In this document: positions 43,480 to 52,649 of the stretch, one piece after another
How the letters are laid out: each line of letters opens with the position of its first letter
Position numbering within the stretch: the first letter of the stretch is position 1
From: Rhodoferax sp.
Lineage (GTDB): Bacteria; Pseudomonadota; Gammaproteobacteria; Burkholderiales; Burkholderiaceae_C
Direction: 5' to 3'
DNA: 64,000 nucleotides
Assembly: GCA_040400795.1 (NCBI GenBank)
Contig: JBBAPO010000001.1
Location: 30,523-94,522, forward strand
Notes under the pieces: generated by a model
What the model was told of the DNA's origin: nothing
What the model saw: only the letters and a program-made list of their open reading frames with translations
Databases searched by the model: none
Position numbers and translations under genes: made by a program

Positions 43480-43929
43480 ATGAAAGTTTTGAATTTGGCC
43501 TGTTCGCAACAACACCTGTTTGAGGGTTGGTTTGCGTCCGAGGATGATTTTGTCGCCCAATTCGGCCGTGGCTTGGTGGAGTGCCCTGTTTGTGGCGACG
43601 CCAGCATCACCAAGAAACTTAGCGCACCGAGACTTAATTTGGGGGCAACCCGTCCAGAGGTCAAGCCGGTTCAGGATGTCGCCCTGACGGACCAGCCTGA
43701 ACAGGCAATGCAAATGGCCTGGATGGCGATGGCCCGACGCATCTTGGCCAACACAGACGACGTGGGCGACAAGTTCGCCGAAGAAGCGCGACGGATCCAT
43801 TACGGCGAGGCCAAGGAACGCGGTATCCGGGGCAAGGCCTCGGCGGCTGAGACTGAGGCCTTGATTGACGAGGGTATTGCCGTGATGCCGCTGCCACTGC
43901 CAGAATCGCTCAAAGGCCAGTTGCAGTAA
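43480..43929 (+). CDS. DUF1178 family protein
   Basis: Begins MKVLNLACSQQHLFEGWF, followed by CPVCGD, which is the characteristic N-terminus of this family. Confidence 0.8.
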   Translation: MKVLNLACSQQHLFEGWFASEDDFVAQFGRGLVECPVCGDASITKKLSAPRLNLGATRPEVKPVQDVALTDQPEQAMQMAWMAMARRILANTDDVGDKFAEEARRIHYGEAKERGIRGKASAAETEALIDEGIAVMPLPLPESLKGQLQ

Positions 43930-43942
43930 AGCCGGCAGCCGT

Positions 43943-44335
43943 TTAAGCCACGAGGTCGACGATACGGCCTGTGGCGTGCCCTTGGGCATTGCGGACTGGA
44001 TCGGTGTCGGGGCGCATCTTGAGCGATGTCCCGCTGGCCATACGTTCACCGAGTGTCGCGTTGTATTGCTCCACAATGAAGTCCTGGAAGGAAGGTGGCA
44101 ATACGGTTCTTGTGCTGCGCACCGGCGGGCGGCTGTACAGGCCTTCTACTTCCTGCAGGCGGGCCGCCAAATTGCGCATGCTGGACTCAAGCTCAGCCCG
44201 ATCGGCCTGTTGCCGTTTTACCCTGGCCTCAACCTGCGCCGCCGCGGCCTCCCGCCGGGCTTGCCGTTCAGGCGCGTCCACCCGCTGCAGGGGCAGCGAG
44301 GGCGTCGCGCTATTGACGGCAGTGACGGCAACCAT
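43943..44335 (-). CDS. Hypothetical protein
   Basis: 130-aa ORF filling the gap between convergent neighbours. It has a coiled-coil-like charged centre and no motif I recognise. Confidence 0.4.
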   Translation of the reverse strand: MVAVTAVNSATPSLPLQRVDAPERQARREAAAAQVEARVKRQQADRAELESSMRNLAARLQEVEGLYSRPPVRSTRTVLPPSFQDFIVEQYNATLGERMASGTSLKMRPDTDPVRNAQGHATGRIVDLVA

Positions 44336-44426
44336 GCATGTAAATCAGTTGGGTGGAGATCGTGGCGTTGGTGGTGACATAAGTCTACGCGGCTTAAGGC
44401 AACAGATCAATGCCTCAGACCAATAC

Positions 44427-46202
44427 TCAGGCGTTGAACTGCAGCGCGGCCAACCCGGCGTAGACACCGCCTTGTGCGACCAGCTCGGCGTGCGTTCCCT
44501 GTTCTACCAGTTGGCCATGGTCCAGCACCACAATGTGGTCTGCCTTTTGCACCGTGGCCAGTCGGTGTGCAATGACCAGCGTGGTGCGGCCGCGCATAGC
44601 TGACTCAAGAGCTGCCTGAACCATGCGTTCGCTCTCAGCGTCTAATGCGCTGGTGGCTTCGTCGAGCAGCAGAAGCGGTGGATTTTTGAGCATGGCGCGG
44701 GCAATCGCAATGCGTTGGCGCTGGCCACCCGACAGGCGAACGCCGCGCTCGCCCAGGAAGGTGTGGTAACCCTCGGGCAGGGCGCGGATGAATTCGTCGG
44801 CAAAGGCGGCGCGGGCGGCGGTCTCCACCTCGGCGTCGCTGGCCTCGGGGCGGCCGTAGCGAATGTTCTCCAGCGCGCTGTTGGAAAAAATCACCGCGTC
44901 CTGAGGCACGATGCCGACGCGCTGGCGCAGGTCGTGCAGGCTCAGCGCGCGGGTGGCCACGCCATCAAGCAGGATGCGGCCCTCTGCAGGGTCATAAAAG
45001 CGCAGTAGCAGTTGGAACACCGTGCTCTTGCCGGCGCCGCTGGGCCCGACGATGGCCACGGTTTGGCCCGGCTTCACTGTCAGTGAGAAGTTGCTCAGCG
45101 CGGCCTGGTTCGGGCGGGATGGGTAGTGAAAGCGGATTGCTTCAAATTCAATAGCGCTACCTTCAAGCTGGACGGGGGCTGGAACCGGTTTTGATGGTGA
45201 AGAGATGGGGGAGTGGCTGCCCAGCAACTCCATCAGCCGCTCGGTCGCGCCCGCCGCGCGCAGCAAGTCGCCATAGGTCTCGCCCAGGATGGCAAAGGCG
45301 CTGGCCAGAATGATCACGTAGACCACGGTCTGCCCCAGATGGCCAGCACTGATGCGCCCGGCCATCACCGCCTGCGTGCCCTGGTACAGGCCCCACAAAA
45401 GCGCGGCCGAGGTGGCGATGATGATGAAGCCCACCAGCACCGAGCGCGCCCGCGTGCGCCGGATCGCGGTCTGGAAAGCGTTGTCGGTGGAGACGTTGAA
45501 GCGCTTGGCCTCCCTGGCTTCGGCGGTGTAGCTTTGCACCACGGGAATGGCGTTCAGCACTTCGGCGGCGATGGCACTGGAGTCGGCCACCCGGTCCTGG
45601 CTGGCGCGCGACAGCTTGCGCACACGCCGGCCAAACCAGAGCGAAGGCAGCACGATCAGCACAAGCACCAGCAGCACCTGCAACATCACCACCGGGTTGG
45701 TCCAGATCAGAATCCCCAAGGCGCCGATGCCCATCACGGCGTTGCGCAGCCCCATGCTCAGCGATGAGCCGACCACGGTCTGTACCAGGGTGGTGTCGGC
45801 GGTCAGGCGCGACAGTACTTCGCCGGTTTGCGTGGTCTCAAAAAATTCCGGGCTTTGCTGCAGCACATGGCCATACACCGCGTTGCGCAGATCGGCCGTG
45901 ACGCGCTCGCCCAGCCAGCTCACCATGTAAAAGCGCGCGGCTGAAAACACGCCCAGTGCCACCGCCACGCCAAACAATGCTGCGAAGTGGTCGCGTAGCC
46001 CCATCACCTGCGCGCCCTTGTCGCTCTGCACCAGGCCGCCGTCAATCAGACTGCGCAGCGCCAGCGGAAAGGCCAGCGTGGCCAGTGCCGCCATCACCAG
46101 AAACACGCCGGCCAGGGCAATCTGCGCGCGGTAGGGACGCAAGAACGGCAGCAATCCAGACAGGGATTTGGGATTTTGTGATTTGGCGCGTTCGTTGCTC
46201 AT
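44427..46202 (-). CDS. Fused ABC exporter (transmembrane domain + ATPase), MsbA-like
   Basis: Six N-terminal TM segments, Walker A GPSGAGKST, signature LSGGQRQRIAIARA, and Walker B LLLLDEATSALD. Internal ATG at 46202. Confidence 0.9.
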   Translation of the reverse strand: MSNERAKSQNPKSLSGLLPFLRPYRAQIALAGVFLVMAALATLAFPLALRSLIDGGLVQSDKGAQVMGLRDHFAALFGVAVALGVFSAARFYMVSWLGERVTADLRNAVYGHVLQQSPEFFETTQTGEVLSRLTADTTLVQTVVGSSLSMGLRNAVMGIGALGILIWTNPVVMLQVLLVLVLIVLPSLWFGRRVRKLSRASQDRVADSSAIAAEVLNAIPVVQSYTAEAREAKRFNVSTDNAFQTAIRRTRARSVLVGFIIIATSAALLWGLYQGTQAVMAGRISAGHLGQTVVYVIILASAFAILGETYGDLLRAAGATERLMELLGSHSPISSPSKPVPAPVQLEGSAIEFEAIRFHYPSRPNQAALSNFSLTVKPGQTVAIVGPSGAGKSTVFQLLLRFYDPAEGRILLDGVATRALSLHDLRQRVGIVPQDAVIFSNSALENIRYGRPEASDAEVETAARAAFADEFIRALPEGYHTFLGERGVRLSGGQRQRIAIARAMLKNPPLLLLDEATSALDAESERMVQAALESAMRGRTTLVIAHRLATVQKADHIVVLDHGQLVEQGTHAELVAQGGVYAGLAALQFNA

Positions 46203-46250
46203 GGTGTTCCAAGTGGGGCCGACAGGCGGCAAGGCAAGCGCGTGGTGCGG

Positions 46251-47357
46251 CTAGAGTTGCAAGCGGCCGGTGTAGCCTGTCATTTCGAGGTAGCCCCGGC
46301 CTACTGTGCGGCCGTTGCTGTCAATCAGCTCGCTCAGGCCTTCCCAGTAGACCGTGCCGGTGGAGGCTCGGCTGTCCAGCTCCTGATTGTCAACGATCGC
46401 CCGAACGGTGTAGATGTCGGCTGGCGTGCGCACCAGCCATTCGACAGGGTAGCGGGCCCCGGTCAGGGGGCTGACCCAGTACCGCACCGGCCGGAAAACC
46501 ACCTCGCCCGGGCTGAACACATGGGGCAGTTTGTCCAACCCCATGGCGGGGTGGCGAAAGGATCCGCCGTCCCACAGCGCAGCGCCCGCCTTGGTGCGCA
46601 GCTGAAAGGCGGTTAGCGCGCTGCCGTCTGCCAGGTTCATGCCGATCCAGTCCCAGCCGACCGCCTGCGGGTGCAGCAGCTCGTCGCTCCACTCATGGTC
46701 CAGCCAGGCCTTGCCTTGCACGGCCAGCGCCTTGCCACTGACTGCCTTGCCGCCCAGGCGCAGCGTGCCGCTGGTGCGCAGCTGCGGCAGGCTGTAGTAG
46801 TAGCTGGCCTGCTTGGGCTCGGGCCCCTTGCGCGACAGGCCGCGGTCGCCTTGCAACAGCAGCGGCTGGGTCTCGGTCAGCGTCAGCGTGAAATCAAAAC
46901 CAGCCCCGGCCGCCTGCGCCAGGTAAGTGTTGCCATCGCGCCGCAGCGACCAGTCGCGCAGGCGCACATCGGTGTCGGTCTCGCTGGCCTTGGCCACGCC
47001 AAAGCCGGCGCGCGCCAGGCGCTGGTCGTGCCACAGCTTCTTGCCCGCCACATCGGTGACGGCAGCGTGGGCAAACAGCAGTTGTTTGGCGGCAAAGGCG
47101 GAGGTCATGCCCTGGGTGGCCGCCACCCGACTGCGAAAAAATGTGAGCTGAAAACCAAAACTCTGCGCCGGCGTCTCGCCTGTCAGGCTGCCAGTGATGT
47201 ACCACCACTCGGTGCGCATGTCCGGGTGGCTGCCCAGGTCACGCGGAAACTGCAGCCGCTGCGGCGTCAGTGCGCCGGCACCTGTGGGCAAGAGCGGCAG
47301 TGCCAGGGCGGCCGCAAGCAAGCGGCGGCGTGGCAGGCCGGGCATGGGGAGTACCAT
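46251..47357 (-). CDS. AttH/CrtC-like lipocalin-domain protein (secreted)
   Basis: RRRLL signal region, then FPRDLGSHPDMRTEWWYITG, which is typical of AttH-like proteins. The start is uncertain (47345, 47357 or 47381). Confidence 0.7.
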   Translation of the reverse strand: MVLPMPGLPRRRLLAAALALPLLPTGAGALTPQRLQFPRDLGSHPDMRTEWWYITGSLTGETPAQSFGFQLTFFRSRVAATQGMTSAFAAKQLLFAHAAVTDVAGKKLWHDQRLARAGFGVAKASETDTDVRLRDWSLRRDGNTYLAQAAGAGFDFTLTLTETQPLLLQGDRGLSRKGPEPKQASYYYSLPQLRTSGTLRLGGKAVSGKALAVQGKAWLDHEWSDELLHPQAVGWDWIGMNLADGSALTAFQLRTKAGAALWDGGSFRHPAMGLDKLPHVFSPGEVVFRPVRYWVSPLTGARYPVEWLVRTPADIYTVRAIVDNQELDSRASTGTVYWEGLSELIDSNGRTVGRGYLEMTGYTGRLQL

Positions 47358-47469
47358 GGCAGGACGGGTTGACAAAGGCATGCTGATGATTGTGGCCCCA
47401 TCCGGTGCCCGCATGCTAAATTCAGCGCAAAAGGAGGGCTGGCAACGGGCCCATAACAAGACAAACCGC

Positions 47470-49626
47470 ATGACCGCCAACGCATTTCACAACATCGCCC
47501 AAGTCGAAGCCAGCCTGTGGGAGGCTGCCGACCTGCTCCGCGCCAACTCCAACCTGCCCAGCAGCGAGTACTGCATGCCTGTGCTGGGCGTCATCTTTTT
47601 GCGCCATGCCACCAACCGCTACCAAACGGCACTGCAAACCATAGAAGCAGAACAAGCGGCAGGCACCATGCCAAAGCGCCCGCTGGGCAAAGCTGATTTC
47701 ATCAAGCGCCGCGCCCTCATGTTGCCCACAGCAGCGCGGTATGACACGCTGCTGAATCTGCCATCGGGTTCAAACTTGGGCAGCGCGCTGGTGGCCGCCA
47801 TGAACGCGATCGAGGCAGACTTTCCCCCGTTGCAAGGCAGCCTGCCCAAAGACTACGACCGCTTCGACAACAAGCTGCTTGAAGACCTGTTGCGCTGCTT
47901 TGACAGCCAAGCCCTGCGCACTGCCACCGGTGATGTGTTTGGCCGCATTTACGAATACTTCCTGATGAAGTTCGCCATGCAGGGTGCACAAGACAATGGC
48001 GAGTTCTTCACGCCGCCCTCACTGGTGCAAACCTTGGTCAATGTGATTGAACCGACCCATGGGGTGGTGACCGATCTGGCATGCGGGTCGGGCGGCATGT
48101 TTGTGCAAAGCAGCCACTTCATTGAGCAGTCCGGCCAGGACACCATGAAGCGTGTCACCTTCTACGGCCAAGAGAAGACCCGCGCCACCATCCCATTCGC
48201 CAAGATGAACCTGGCCGTGCATGGCTTGGAGGGCGACATTTTGGAGGCCAATACCTTCTACGACGATCCGCATCGCCTGCAAGATGGCCGTCCACTCTGG
48301 GGCAATGTCGACTTCATGATGGCTAACCCGCCGTTCAATGTGGACACCGTGGATGCCGACAAAGTAAAGGGTGACCGGCGCCTGCCCTTTGGTCTGCCCG
48401 GCGTCAACAAAGACAAACACGTCTCCAACGGCAACTACCTGTGGATCTCGTACTTTCACAGCTACCTGTCTCCCACCGGGCGCGCGGGCTTTGTCATGTC
48501 GTCCCAGGCCAGCAGCGCCGGCCATGGCGAGAAAGAAGTGCGGCGCAAACTGGTAGAGACGGGCGATGTAGACGTGATGGTCGCCATCCGCGCCAATTTT
48601 TTCTACACCCGCACCGTTCCCTGCGAGCTGTGGCACTTTGACAAGGCCAAGCCAGTAGCGCGCCAGGACCAGGTGCTGATGCTGGACGCCCGCAACGTGT
48701 ACCGCAAAGTCACCCGCAAGGTTTACGACTTTTCACCCGAGCAGCAAGCCAACCTGGCCGCTGTGGTGTGGCTGTACCGGGGCCAGCAAGAGCGCTTTTT
48801 GGGGCTGGTGCAAGGCTACATCACCCGCCTGGGCATCGCCGCGGCTGCCGTGGAGGGCACGCTGAGGGCATTTGAGTCAGTCCTGACGGCCTGCCGCGAA
48901 CCGGTGGCAGCCTTTTTGCAAAACCTGCGTAACATCGAAGCGCTGCCCCCAGCCCCGCGCCAACCCGCTGAGGATGCGCTTACCGAGTGGGTGGAGGCCA
49001 CCCGCAGCTACGCCAGCGACCGCGCCGCCTTGGTCACCGGCTTAGCCGTGTTTTGCAAGTCGGCGGCCAAGCCAGTGCACACCAACCAAGCCCAACACGC
49101 CGCCCGCCAAGCCTTTGACCCCCTGGCCGAATCGGCCCGGGGTCTGGTCAAACAGATTGACCTGCTCTACAAACTGGCCGCCCGCGCCGCCCAACTGGCG
49201 AATGAACTGGCGCAAGCATTGGGGCAGGATCTGGCAGCACGCGCCGAGGCCACTGAGTTTTATGACCGCCGGGCCGTGGGCAGGGCCATCAAGCAGCTAG
49301 ACGAAGACCGCCAAGCCGCCGTCGAACAGCTCAAAGGCTGCGCCTACCTGCACCGCCAGGTGGCCTGGCTGCAAGACCGCTTTCCCCAGGCTGCCATGGT
49401 GGACGTGCCCGGCCTGTGCAAGGTGGTCACCCGCGCCGACATTGAAGCCGCCGACTGGAGCCTGACCCCCGGCCGCTTTGTGGGCGTGGCCCCGGCCGAG
49501 GTGGACGCGGACTTCGACTTCGAACAAACCCTGCGCGACATCCACCTGGAGTTGGCGGACTTGAACCGCGAGGCTGTGGACTTGGCCGCCAGGATTCAGA
49601 CCAACTTTGAGGCGTTGGGGGTATGA
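47470..49626 (+). CDS. hsdM: Type I restriction-modification system, methyltransferase subunit M (long form, 718 aa)
   Basis: HsdM N-domain (LWEAADLLRANSNLPSSEY, VLGVIFLR), AdoMet site (DLACGSGGMF), catalytic NPPF (MMANPPFN), and C-terminal DWSLTPGRFVG. The track ORF from 47194 is an upstream extension overlapping the divergent gene. Confidence 0.92.
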   Translation: MTANAFHNIAQVEASLWEAADLLRANSNLPSSEYCMPVLGVIFLRHATNRYQTALQTIEAEQAAGTMPKRPLGKADFIKRRALMLPTAARYDTLLNLPSGSNLGSALVAAMNAIEADFPPLQGSLPKDYDRFDNKLLEDLLRCFDSQALRTATGDVFGRIYEYFLMKFAMQGAQDNGEFFTPPSLVQTLVNVIEPTHGVVTDLACGSGGMFVQSSHFIEQSGQDTMKRVTFYGQEKTRATIPFAKMNLAVHGLEGDILEANTFYDDPHRLQDGRPLWGNVDFMMANPPFNVDTVDADKVKGDRRLPFGLPGVNKDKHVSNGNYLWISYFHSYLSPTGRAGFVMSSQASSAGHGEKEVRRKLVETGDVDVMVAIRANFFYTRTVPCELWHFDKAKPVARQDQVLMLDARNVYRKVTRKVYDFSPEQQANLAAVVWLYRGQQERFLGLVQGYITRLGIAAAAVEGTLRAFESVLTACREPVAAFLQNLRNIEALPPAPRQPAEDALTEWVEATRSYASDRAALVTGLAVFCKSAAKPVHTNQAQHAARQAFDPLAESARGLVKQIDLLYKLAARAAQLANELAQALGQDLAARAEATEFYDRRAVGRAIKQLDEDRQAAVEQLKGCAYLHRQVAWLQDRFPQAAMVDVPGLCKVVTRADIEAADWSLTPGRFVGVAPAEVDADFDFEQTLRDIHLELADLNREAVDLAARIQTNFEALGV

Positions 49627-49693
49627 CGAGTGCTGATTGCTATGGTTTTAGTAGCTGCTTGGCTTTATTTCATGAGGGCTGCAGGCTGTTTTT

Positions 49694-50889
49694 ATGATAA
49701 TTGGTCTGCAAAGCATGAACTGGCCACAAGTTAGATTTGAGGACGTTGCATTGCCAGTAAAGGGTTCGATTGTCTCTGGCCCATTCGGATCAAACATCGG
49801 AAGTCGGTTTTTTGTTGATGATGGTGTCCCGGTAATTCGTGGAAACAATCTGACTTTTGGACATAGACGCTTTGTTGACGATGGCTTTGTGTTCCTGACT
49901 GATGAAAAGGCGGAGGAATTCAAGAATTGCCAAGCCATCGAGGGCGATTTGGTTTTTACGCGGCTGGAACCATCGGTCAGGTTGGGATTATTCCTGCTGG
50001 GACCCGCTTTGATCGGTACATCATTTCAAATAAGCAGCTTCGTGTCAGGAGCGACAAAAGCAAAGTCAATCCGCTATTCCTCTTCCTTTGGTTTACCACG
50101 CCAGGAATGAGACAGCACATCATCAACAAGAACAGCGGGAGCACGATCCCACTGATCAATTTGGGAATTTTGCGTGGCTTACCAGTGCCATTGCCGCCGC
50201 TTGAGATACAAAACAGGATCGTCGACTACCTCTCAACCTACGACGACCTCATCGAAAACAACCGCCGCCGCATGGCCCTGCTCGAAGAGTCCGCCCGGCT
50301 GCTCTACCGCGAATGGTTCGTCCGGCTGCGCTTCCCCGGCTATGAACACACCCCTGTTGTGGATGGCGTGCCAAAGGGGTGGACGCAGGCACCGCTGGAG
50401 TCTGCTTTGGTTTTACAACGTGGCTTCGATCTACCAACGCAAGACCGGCAAGAAGGCGGCGTCCCGATCTACGGCTCGACCGGCATCCTGGGTTACCACG
50501 ACAAAGCCAAAGCGGTAGCACCTGGGGTGGTGACTGGCCGAAGCGGCACTTTGGGCGAAGTGCAATACGTTGCAGAGGATTACTGGCCGCTCAATACCGC
50601 GCTTTGGGTCAAGGAGTTCAAGCGAGTGACACCATTATTTGCACTACACCTGCTGAGAGAGATGGACTTGAAGCAATTCAACGGCGGGTCATCCGTACCT
50701 ACGCTTGATCGCAAGTCCGTACACCGGGTTGAAATCCTGATTCCGCCCGCGCCAATACTTCGGTCATTTGATGAATTTGCGTCGACGGTCTTTCTGCAGA
50801 TGGAGAGCTTGCGCACGCAAAACCAAAAACTCCGTACCGCCCGCGACCTGTTGCTGCCGCGTTTAATGACTGGGAAAATCCAAGTATGA
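49694..50889 (+). pseudogene. hsdS: Type I R-M specificity subunit S, interrupted by a 1-nt frameshift near 49963
   Basis: ORF 49694-50110 reads ..EGDLVFTR and then runs into nonsense. ORF 49927-50889 reads AGTIGQVGIIP..YIISNKQL.. in the -1 frame. Joined at 49963 they give a normal two-TRD HsdS with the central conserved repeat IVDYLSTYDDLIENNRRRMALLEE and the distal repeat LRTQNQKLRTARDLLLPRLMTG. Confidence 0.85.
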
Positions 50890-52649
50890 AAATTAAGTCT
50901 TTTGAATTTACCTATATCAAGGCTTTCAAGTCCCTCAAATTCGACTTGGAAAGAACCTCGGTCCTTGTTGGTCAGAATGATCATGGAAAGTCGTCAATTC
51001 TCAAAGCCATTGACATTGTTCTGAATCAGCTAGATGAAGATGCGCTCAATCGTGGGGCCTTACACCCAGATTTAGCCGAGCGACTACTGCCACTTTTCCC
51101 GGTCAATTCCAAAGCCCGTCGGATCACAATCAAATATTCTTCAAAAGGAGTTGACAAGGTCTTGCACATCACGGTTCGTACAGACCTGACTTTTACGGTT
51201 CTCGAAACCATTGAACGAAGTGCAAAAACGACCCCAGCGGCAATTGCCGTTTTGAAACAACTTCGTGAGCACAACAGATTTGTCTTGATCCCTGCGATGC
51301 GTGACGCAACTTCGCCAGCCTTTCAGGATTTGTTTTCCCGGATGCTCCGAGTTCATGGTCTCGCAAAGATCATCCCGGAAAAAGCCGGCGGTACACCAAA
51401 GGAATACCGTAAGCTGAAGGAAATTAGGGACAGTATCTCAACCACAATCAAACCATTCATAAACGCCGCGCTGTTGCCGAAAATTGAGGAGCAGTTCGGA
51501 TACAAGACGCAACATAAACTGGCTCTGAAGTTTGATGTTGACGTGCAGGATATTGGTGAATGGATACTTGATAACCTGAGTTTGGGATTTGAAATGCCAG
51601 GCGATAGTGATGCGACATTGGCACTTTCTGAAGCGGGTTCCGGTGTTCAAAGTGGCGTGCTTTTGGCCCTTCATCGGGTTGAACAGCAAGCCGCAGAAAA
51701 CCCTGGTATTCAATTCATTCTGGCAGTTGAAGAGCCAGAAGCATTTCTACATCCACAAAAGCAAAAGGAACTTTATCAAGGCATACGTGCTGCTGCGTCA
51801 GCGAATTTACGGGTGATCGTCACCACCCACAGTCCCTACATCATTGCAGAGACTCCTTTTACCCGGCTGGGCCTTGTAAAAAAAGACGGGCAGCACTCAG
51901 CACTGCATGTGGCGGAGGTGAATAGCCAGGGTGAGCAGGAAACATTTGACGCTTACAGTGATGAGGTAAATTCATCCCTATTCTTCGCTGACAAAGTCAT
52001 ACTTGTAGAGGGTGAATCAGACTCAAGAGTGGTCAAACTACTGCTTGAAAAGAAGTTCGGTGCGCACGCTCACCGAATATCGGTGTTGTCTGCGTCTGGC
52101 AATAAAAATTCCTCACCTTTTTTGCGAATGATTCGAGCTTGGAGCTCTGCAAAAATTCCTCACTTGGTCGTGACTGATTTTGACTCGTTGACAAAGCCTT
52201 CAAATCGTGCTGTTTTGAAGGGTGCCAAAGACGCCGGTTACACACCAATTGGCGAGGCTGGTTTTCTGTCAAAAGTAGATGCGGCCCTTGATAAGGGTGA
52301 GCCAGAATATGCCGGGGCCGCAATCGATGCTACAGCCTTTTTCAGCACGGCCGGCCTAAACGTTTTTGTGTTCTCATCTGATTTGGAGTATTCCCTTCTA
52401 ACCACAGTAAACAAGGCAGCTGTTTCAACAGTCCTAACCAGCTTGTCTACCACGGGAAATGACTTTTCTAACGGATACAGCCTCGATGACTTGCGTCGTC
52501 AAATTGGCAGCAAAGGATTGCCGATAAGACCGAATGACGATGCCACCTTCAAGAAGCCGTTTGTTCATCGAAAAATTGCAGACACCATCGCACTGGGAGA
52601 CCCGCACCCAGACATTGCTCGATTGATTGCCGCGATTGATGCGCTGTAA
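50886..52649 (+). CDS. OLD-family nuclease: N-terminal ABC-type ATPase fused to a C-terminal Toprim domain (587 aa)
   Basis: Walker A GQNDHGKSS (aa 29-37), signature-like LSEAGSGVQS, Walker B FILAVEEPEAFLHP, and H-loop VTTHSP. Toprim motifs VILVEGESD and LVVTDFDS follow. The ATG overlaps the hsdS stop (ATGA). Confidence 0.85.
   Translation: MKIKSFEFTYIKAFKSLKFDLERTSVLVGQNDHGKSSILKAIDIVLNQLDEDALNRGALHPDLAERLLPLFPVNSKARRITIKYSSKGVDKVLHITVRTDLTFTVLETIERSAKTTPAAIAVLKQLREHNRFVLIPAMRDATSPAFQDLFSRMLRVHGLAKIIPEKAGGTPKEYRKLKEIRDSISTTIKPFINAALLPKIEEQFGYKTQHKLALKFDVDVQDIGEWILDNLSLGFEMPGDSDATLALSEAGSGVQSGVLLALHRVEQQAAENPGIQFILAVEEPEAFLHPQKQKELYQGIRAAASANLRVIVTTHSPYIIAETPFTRLGLVKKDGQHSALHVAEVNSQGEQETFDAYSDEVNSSLFFADKVILVEGESDSRVVKLLLEKKFGAHAHRISVLSASGNKNSSPFLRMIRAWSSAKIPHLVVTDFDSLTKPSNRAVLKGAKDAGYTPIGEAGFLSKVDAALDKGEPEYAGAAIDATAFFSTAGLNVFVFSSDLEYSLLTTVNKAAVSTVLTSLSTTGNDFSNGYSLDDLRRQIGSKGLPIRPNDDATFKKPFVHRKIADTIALGDPHPDIARLIAAIDAL

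Noticed and set aside
47194-47469. N-terminal extension of the hsdM ORF in the track
   Set aside because: The extension is Arg/Gly-rich nonsense that overlaps the start of the divergent AttH-like gene. The HsdM N-domain homology begins at the ATG at 47470.
50580-50984. 134-aa minus-strand ORF spanning the hsdS/OLD junction
   Set aside because: It is antisense to two well-supported genes and has no motifs.
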